64,000 nucleotides of DNA from Candidatus Altimarinota bacterium (GTDB lineage: Bacteria > Patescibacteriota > Gracilibacteria > UBA1369 > GCA-2718715). Location of the stretch: assembly GCA_041242255.1 (NCBI GenBank), contig JBESAV010000001.1, positions 512,001 to 576,000 on the forward strand. Direction: 5' to 3'. Of this stretch, positions 59,349-64,000 are shown in pieces. A model generated the notes under the pieces. It was not told where the DNA came from, did not search any database, and was given only the letters and a program-made list of their open reading frames with translations. The translations under genes were made by a program, and so were the position numbers. Every line of letters starts with the position of its first letter. The first letter of the stretch is position 1.

Positions 59349-60795
59349 TGTTTTAAGTAATAATTATAGAAAATGGCTTCACGAAGTTTTAGACTTATCT
59401 ATAGATTTCAAATTAGATAGTAGAGTTAACAAAAAAATAATATCCAATAGTGACATTAAAAAACTTTTAGCAAGAAAGTTACCATTTGAAGGAATAGATC
59501 TTGATGATATTTTAGATAGTTTTAAAACAGAAGTTATGCCATTTTGCACCAACTTTTCATCTAAAAACTTTATGGGATTCCCAGATTCAGGAAACTCTGT
59601 TGCAGCATTGGGAGCTTCAATTATAAAAGATTTTTTTCAACAAAATATAATAAATCAATCTTTTTGTTCACCCTCGGGAACATTTATAGAGATAAATGTT
59701 ATAAACTGGTTAAGAGATTTAATTGGTTATGAAACGAAAGATAACATATCAAGTATTATGGATGTGGGAGGTATTATCACAAACGGTGGAACTATGAGTA
59801 ATGCTATAGGTATTATGTTAGCACGTGAAAATAAGTCTCCCAATACACTTGCTAACGGCGTAAAGGCACCATCAAGATATAAGATAATTGTTCCAAAAGG
59901 TATTGGTCACTACAGTGTCAAATCCGCTCAGATGTGGCTTGGATGTGGTAACAATTTAATTGAAGTTCCAACTATCAATTTCAAATATGACTTAGAAAAA
60001 CTCAAAGAGGCACTTAATAATAATAAGGGTAATGTAATGGGGTTAGTAGCTTATGCTGGAGATAGTAGAACAATGACATGCGATGATTTTGATGAAATTT
60101 ACAACCTTGTGAAATCTATTGATGAAAATATATGGTTGCATGCTGATGCATGTCATGGGTTTTCCTTAAGTTTTAGCGAGCAGTTAAAAGAGAAAATTAA
60201 AGGTATCAATAAATTTGATAGTATAACAATTGATCCTCATAAGGTTATGTTAACTCCATATGTAATTAGTGCCATTTTAGTTAAAGATCCTGCTAAACTT
60301 AAAAGTGTTTCCTCTATATCTGACTTAATAATGAAGGAGCAATTCGCATTTGGTCAAATAACTCCATTCATAGGAAGTAAGTCTTGGGAGTCATTAAAGT
60401 TATGGTTTATGATGTTAAATTATGGAAAAGAAGGTTTACAAAATATGGTAAATGAAAGACACAATAGGGCAAAGTACTTACATGAAAAAATTAAAGAAAA
60501 TGAGAATTATATAACTCTTAATGAAGTAGACATTAATTCAGTAATGTTTATGGTTAAACCAAGTAAATGGGATGGTGATATTATTAAACTAAATAATTTT
60601 AATAGAAAAATTTACGACAAAATAATAGAAGATGGTTTATATTATTTACATACATTTCCAATTGAAGATTCAGGCGTTATATCTAAAGGAGAAACTCTAA
60701 AACCTCTAAGATATATGTCTGGAAATCCAAATTTAAAAGAAAAAGATATAGATGATATGATTAATTACATTGAAAAAATAAGTAAAAGTTTATAA
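59341..60795 (+). CDS. PLP-dependent group II amino-acid decarboxylase
   Basis: GGTMSN, HYSV, WLHADACHG, DSITIDPHK, SLKLW. Confidence 0.93.
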   Translation: MNDVLSNNYRKWLHEVLDLSIDFKLDSRVNKKIISNSDIKKLLARKLPFEGIDLDDILDSFKTEVMPFCTNFSSKNFMGFPDSGNSVAALGASIIKDFFQQNIINQSFCSPSGTFIEINVINWLRDLIGYETKDNISSIMDVGGIITNGGTMSNAIGIMLARENKSPNTLANGVKAPSRYKIIVPKGIGHYSVKSAQMWLGCGNNLIEVPTINFKYDLEKLKEALNNNKGNVMGLVAYAGDSRTMTCDDFDEIYNLVKSIDENIWLHADACHGFSLSFSEQLKEKIKGINKFDSITIDPHKVMLTPYVISAILVKDPAKLKSVSSISDLIMKEQFAFGQITPFIGSKSWESLKLWFMMLNYGKEGLQNMVNERHNRAKYLHEKIKENENYITLNEVDINSVMFMVKPSKWDGDIIKLNNFNRKIYDKIIEDGLYYLHTFPIEDSGVISKGETLKPLRYMSGNPNLKEKDIDDMINYIEKISKSL

Positions 60796-61508
60796 TGTTA
60801 GAATCTATAATAGATACGTTAGAAACGCAGCCCTTCCCTACTATTATATATGGCTCTTTTGCAACAGATAACAATACACAAAAATCAGATTTAGATTTAT
60901 TCTTTATAGATGATACAACAGACTCAGACGAAAACTTTGAATCTTTACTTTGCCTAGTTTTAGATATTCATTCTCGTCATGGCCTAAAAATAGACAATGA
61001 GGTACCTTATAAAAATAAACTAATAGTAAATAGTTTAGATTTAAGAAAATCTTTAAGGAGCGAAGGATTTAACATTTCTAATGATGATTTATACATCCCA
61101 GAAATAGAAAAAAGTCATACTTTTTTAAATTCTTATAAAGTAAGATTAAGATTAATATTTAATGCTTTTACAACTCCACACATTATATTAAATTGTTTGG
61201 ACGAGAGCTTATCTGAAATGAGAAGTAGTTTTGAAATTAAATTAGTCTTAATTCTATTAGCGCTACACTCATCACAAGAAAAAATTACTTTTTCTTCTCT
61301 ATTGCATAAAGCTTTATATTCGGAAGCAGGAGCATCTGAAGACATGTATTTAGGCTATAAAATCAATGAAACTGTAATTAATAATCTAAAGATGATAATT
61401 TCAAGCACATTAAAAAAACTTGAAAATACTGGGATTGTTTGTTTGACGAAAAATCAAATAGTACTTACAGTTGATAAGGAAGAATTACTCTCTATTATAA
61501 AAAGTTAA
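60795..61508 (+). CDS. Pol-beta-superfamily nucleotidyltransferase-domain protein
   Basis: IYGSFA.....SDLDL motif; D.EVPY..KL and YLGYK motifs downstream. Confidence 0.8.
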   Translation: MLESIIDTLETQPFPTIIYGSFATDNNTQKSDLDLFFIDDTTDSDENFESLLCLVLDIHSRHGLKIDNEVPYKNKLIVNSLDLRKSLRSEGFNISNDDLYIPEIEKSHTFLNSYKVRLRLIFNAFTTPHIILNCLDESLSEMRSSFEIKLVLILLALHSSQEKITFSSLLHKALYSEAGASEDMYLGYKINETVINNLKMIISSTLKKLENTGIVCLTKNQIVLTVDKEELLSIIKS

Positions 61509-61512
61509 TATT

Positions 61513-62412
61513 ATGGAAAGACCTTTTGATTATTCTATATCTAGTGAAGGAATAGTAAAATCATTCGATTTTGATTATGATTTAATCCAAAGTAGGGGTG
61601 ATCAAATTGGGGTTAGTAAATTGATAAGTAATCCAGTATTTGTAGTGGGATCACCAAGGTCAGGCACAACGGTTTTAGGAAATGTATTATCTTTACATGA
61701 CAGGATAGGTACTGGGGAAGAATCTTTATTTTTACTTCATCTTTTTAGAATTTTTTCAGATCTTCACAAAGGAGATAATAGAAGAAAAACCAGAAATCTA
61801 TCTGAATATATCGAAGAAGATGATTTATTATTAAATATGCAAGAATTTTCAGATAGGATAATGGGTAGTTTACTCCAAAGAAAAAACAAAGATATTTATC
61901 TTGATCATACTCCTTGGTATGGATCAATTTCTGGATTTATAAAATTATTGTATTCTGATTCAAAATTTATACATATAATTAGAGACGGACGTCAAGTGGT
62001 ACGCTCTTTAGGAGAATCATACAACAAAGGTTTTTCGTGGGCTGGTAAAAGTTTTGAGCATAGAGTAAAGATTTGGGTTTCTCAAGTTCAAAATTGTTCC
62101 AAAATGCAGCAACATTTTGAAAGTGATTATTTAGAAGTTTATTATAATACACTTCATGATACTCCTCTTAGTTTATTCAACAGTATATTTTGTTTTTTAG
62201 GTTTAGAAAATAATGATGAAATATTAGATGGGCTATCCGTTAGCTATGCCACTCCAGTTTCAGGAATTACTAAAGAAGAGATGAGTGTTGGTTATGACAA
62301 TAATGGATGGCCTCAGAATTGGACTAGTGAAGAAATAGATACATTTTATTGCTTAGCCTCTGATTTAATGGAAGAAAAGTTTGGTGACAAATGGGATACC
62401 ATCTATATATAA
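61513..62412 (+). CDS. PAPS-dependent sulfotransferase
   Basis: VFVVGSPRSGTT (5'-PSB), DHTP, KFIHIIRDGRQVVRS (3'-PB). Confidence 0.92.
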   Translation: MERPFDYSISSEGIVKSFDFDYDLIQSRGDQIGVSKLISNPVFVVGSPRSGTTVLGNVLSLHDRIGTGEESLFLLHLFRIFSDLHKGDNRRKTRNLSEYIEEDDLLLNMQEFSDRIMGSLLQRKNKDIYLDHTPWYGSISGFIKLLYSDSKFIHIIRDGRQVVRSLGESYNKGFSWAGKSFEHRVKIWVSQVQNCSKMQQHFESDYLEVYYNTLHDTPLSLFNSIFCFLGLENNDEILDGLSVSYATPVSGITKEEMSVGYDNNGWPQNWTSEEIDTFYCLASDLMEEKFGDKWDTIYI

Positions 62413-62530
62413 GTTTCAAAAAACTTTTAACTAGTTATTATTTCTATTTAATAACACACAAGTATTCACTATATTGTTATTAAATCATACTCTAACTTTA
62501 TATTTTTATAATCTGTATTTAAACTTTTAA

Positions 62531-62762
62531 ATAGAATTACACAGTGTTTATGACGAAAAAGTTTTGTACATAGCCAAAAAACCGTTCTGCTACATCATCA
62601 AATGTAACAACATGTCGGACTGGTGCTCAGAAACTCATCTCTCTTGAACCAATGATAAAGCACTTAATCACCACAGATATGACAGAGTTTATGTCTGTAG
62701 ATACTAGCAAATGCTATGCATTAATAGAGGACCACCAAAAAGAATTAGAGGTAATATTTTAG
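62531..62762 (+). pseudogene. Possible second degraded recombinase-like C-terminal tail
   Basis: IELHSVYDEKVLYIAKKPFCYIIKCNNMSDWCSETHLS*, then a shifted frame MIKHLITT...; pattern recognition only. Confidence 0.3.
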
Positions 62763-62829
62763 ATAGCATAGAGGAATAGTCATTATTATCTTCTAAGTAG
62801 GCATTAATAAGCAGGGGTATTCTTAAACC

Positions 62830-64000
62830 TTATAGTCTCTTATTCACTTTATTAAATATTTCTTGACTATATTTATTTGTAGATTTTAGTTTAGAGAGGT
62901 AGTAAACATATTTTGTAGTGTATTCTTGTATATGAAATTTATATGCATATTCTTTTACTAAGACATACAAGTCACTAGTTAATGAATTAATTTTATCACA
63001 ATCACTTAACGCTCTTATAGTATCTTGATGGTTAATGATTGTATCCATAATTTCTTTAGTAACTGTATATAGTGAATTATATTCATCATTAAAAAATTTT
63101 TCAGTACTGCTGACACTTGATTCTACTAGATTATTTAGATGTACATGCATTATTTTCCATATACCTTCACCTAGTGATATTAAGTATCCAGAAGTATTAT
63201 TATTTACACTCTTTAACATTTGTTTATAGATATCTAAAAATCTAATAAAATGTAATGTATCACTAAAGACAGCATATTGGCTATCATGTATTGAGGAATA
63301 TATTTCATGCTTTAGAAATCGTGGGCCTAGTAGAAATTCTTTTGCATAAATATCATCATTATCGAATAGTATAGAGTCTTCATTTAATATAGATCGATGT
63401 ACAATTGATATAACAAGATTATCAATTGGGTCAGTATATCTTAAATCAGGATTACATTCTAATCCCATATATATAGAAAATATGAATTCTTGTGAGTCAA
63501 CTACTACATAATCCATAAATTTTTCATTACTTGGTATTACCCAAGATAGAATTGAATACAAGTTATCTTCTGTAGAGTTAACAACAATTTGATCTATGTT
63601 GAAAATAAATAAATCTACTACATTTAAGAATCTATTTTTAGATTTATAACTAATTTCATCAAATATAAAACGCTTAAGTTTATCTTTATCTATAAAGTTA
63701 AAATCCAAATGCCTGGTAGTAGAAAAGTGAATGAAAATAATTAACCCAATGATTAAAAATAAGAAAATGATCATATCCAATACAACTATAAATAATGGAT
63801 TTATAACTAAGGCATACAAATTTTCATATCTTAAAATTATAAACGGAAAAAACAATGCTAGGTACTTAAAAATTAGAACAATTAGGGCCATGCCTGTCCA
63901 AAAAAATAAAGCTTGGTTTATTAGCTTCTTATATAGACTCATCCTAAATTTCCACTCATTAGTTCTAAGCTGATATGCTGCTAATACAATACCAATAACT
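62830..64000 (-). CDS. Hypothetical AT-rich membrane protein, 5' end beyond the window
   Basis: The frame stays open upstream of 63942 to the window edge (VIGIVLAAYQLRTNEWKFR-MSLYK); N-terminal TM segments. Confidence 0.65.
   Translation of the reverse strand, partial: VIGIVLAAYQLRTNEWKFRMSLYKKLINQALFFWTGMALIVLIFKYLALFFPFIILRYENLYALVINPLFIVVLDMIIFLFLIIGLIIFIHFSTTRHLDFNFIDKDKLKRFIFDEISYKSKNRFLNVVDLFIFNIDQIVVNSTEDNLYSILSWVIPSNEKFMDYVVVDSQEFIFSIYMGLECNPDLRYTDPIDNLVISIVHRSILNEDSILFDNDDIYAKEFLLGPRFLKHEIYSSIHDSQYAVFSDTLHFIRFLDIYKQMLKSVNNNTSGYLISLGEGIWKIMHVHLNNLVESSVSSTEKFFNDEYNSLYTVTKEIMDTIINHQDTIRALSDCDKINSLTSDLYVLVKEYAYKFHIQEYTTKYVYYLSKLKSTNKYSQEIFNKVNKRL

Larger units (their letters stand above)
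56700..64000. mobile_element. Horizontally acquired AT-rich genomic island (boundaries approximate)
   Basis: Lower GC by eye; in 56976-62412 the + strand genes are G/T-rich whereas host + strand genes are C/A-rich; recombinase-like relics; accessory cargo. Confidence 0.6.

Noticed and set aside
60795-61508. MNT-HEPN toxin-antitoxin or CBASS cyclase call for the nucleotidyltransferase
   Set aside because: No HEPN RxxxxH partner and no CBASS effector or Cap2/Cap3 genes are adjacent, and the context is metabolic. A defence role is not excluded but is not supported as a known system.
1-64000. Genome-wide UGA=Gly recoding (code 25)
   Set aside because: Core genes are intact under code 11 with abundant GGA Gly codons, and TGA serves as stop in overlaps such as 19517-19520 and 59341-59348.

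Overview
This is a 64 kb window of an AT-rich bacterial chromosome. It is most consistent with a Patescibacteria/CPR organism of the Peregrinibacteria/Gracilibacteria type (inference). The supporting features are SLH-anchored giant surface proteins, VirB2-like pilin repeats, PKD proteins, TrmB regulators, a sigma70-r4/HARE-HTH protein and core genes lacking Shine-Dalgarno (SD) sites. TGA is used as a stop codon (ATGA stop/start overlaps), so the code is the standard one. In order, the window holds: a frameshifted giant Calx-beta/Ig/SLH surface protein; rpsT and a ferredoxin; a pilin-PKD surface cluster; a secE-nusG-trmB-rplK-rplA region interrupted by orphan genes; dut-tmk-folD; an orphan solute-binding protein paired with a HAMP-PP2C phosphatase; glyA; HtrA; a DEDDh/GIY-YIG nuclease; bcp; a TrmB-flanked islet; a copper operon; and an AT-rich island at the right end. 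The best candidate for a new system is the island operon at 56976-62412: 2H phosphoesterase, methionyl-tRNA synthetase, PLP decarboxylase, nucleotidyltransferase and sulfotransferase, with a divergent NUDIX gene, apparently bracketed by degraded recombinase-like tails. Also notable are a CutF-like leader ORF plus hairpin before the multicopper oxidase, a ~230-nt highly structured RNA after rplA, several self-contained promoter/boxA-like/SD/terminator mini-units, and promoters that repeatedly show a 16-bp spacer. No rRNA, intact tRNA or CRISPR array was seen. All calls come from motif recognition by eye; no database searches were run.
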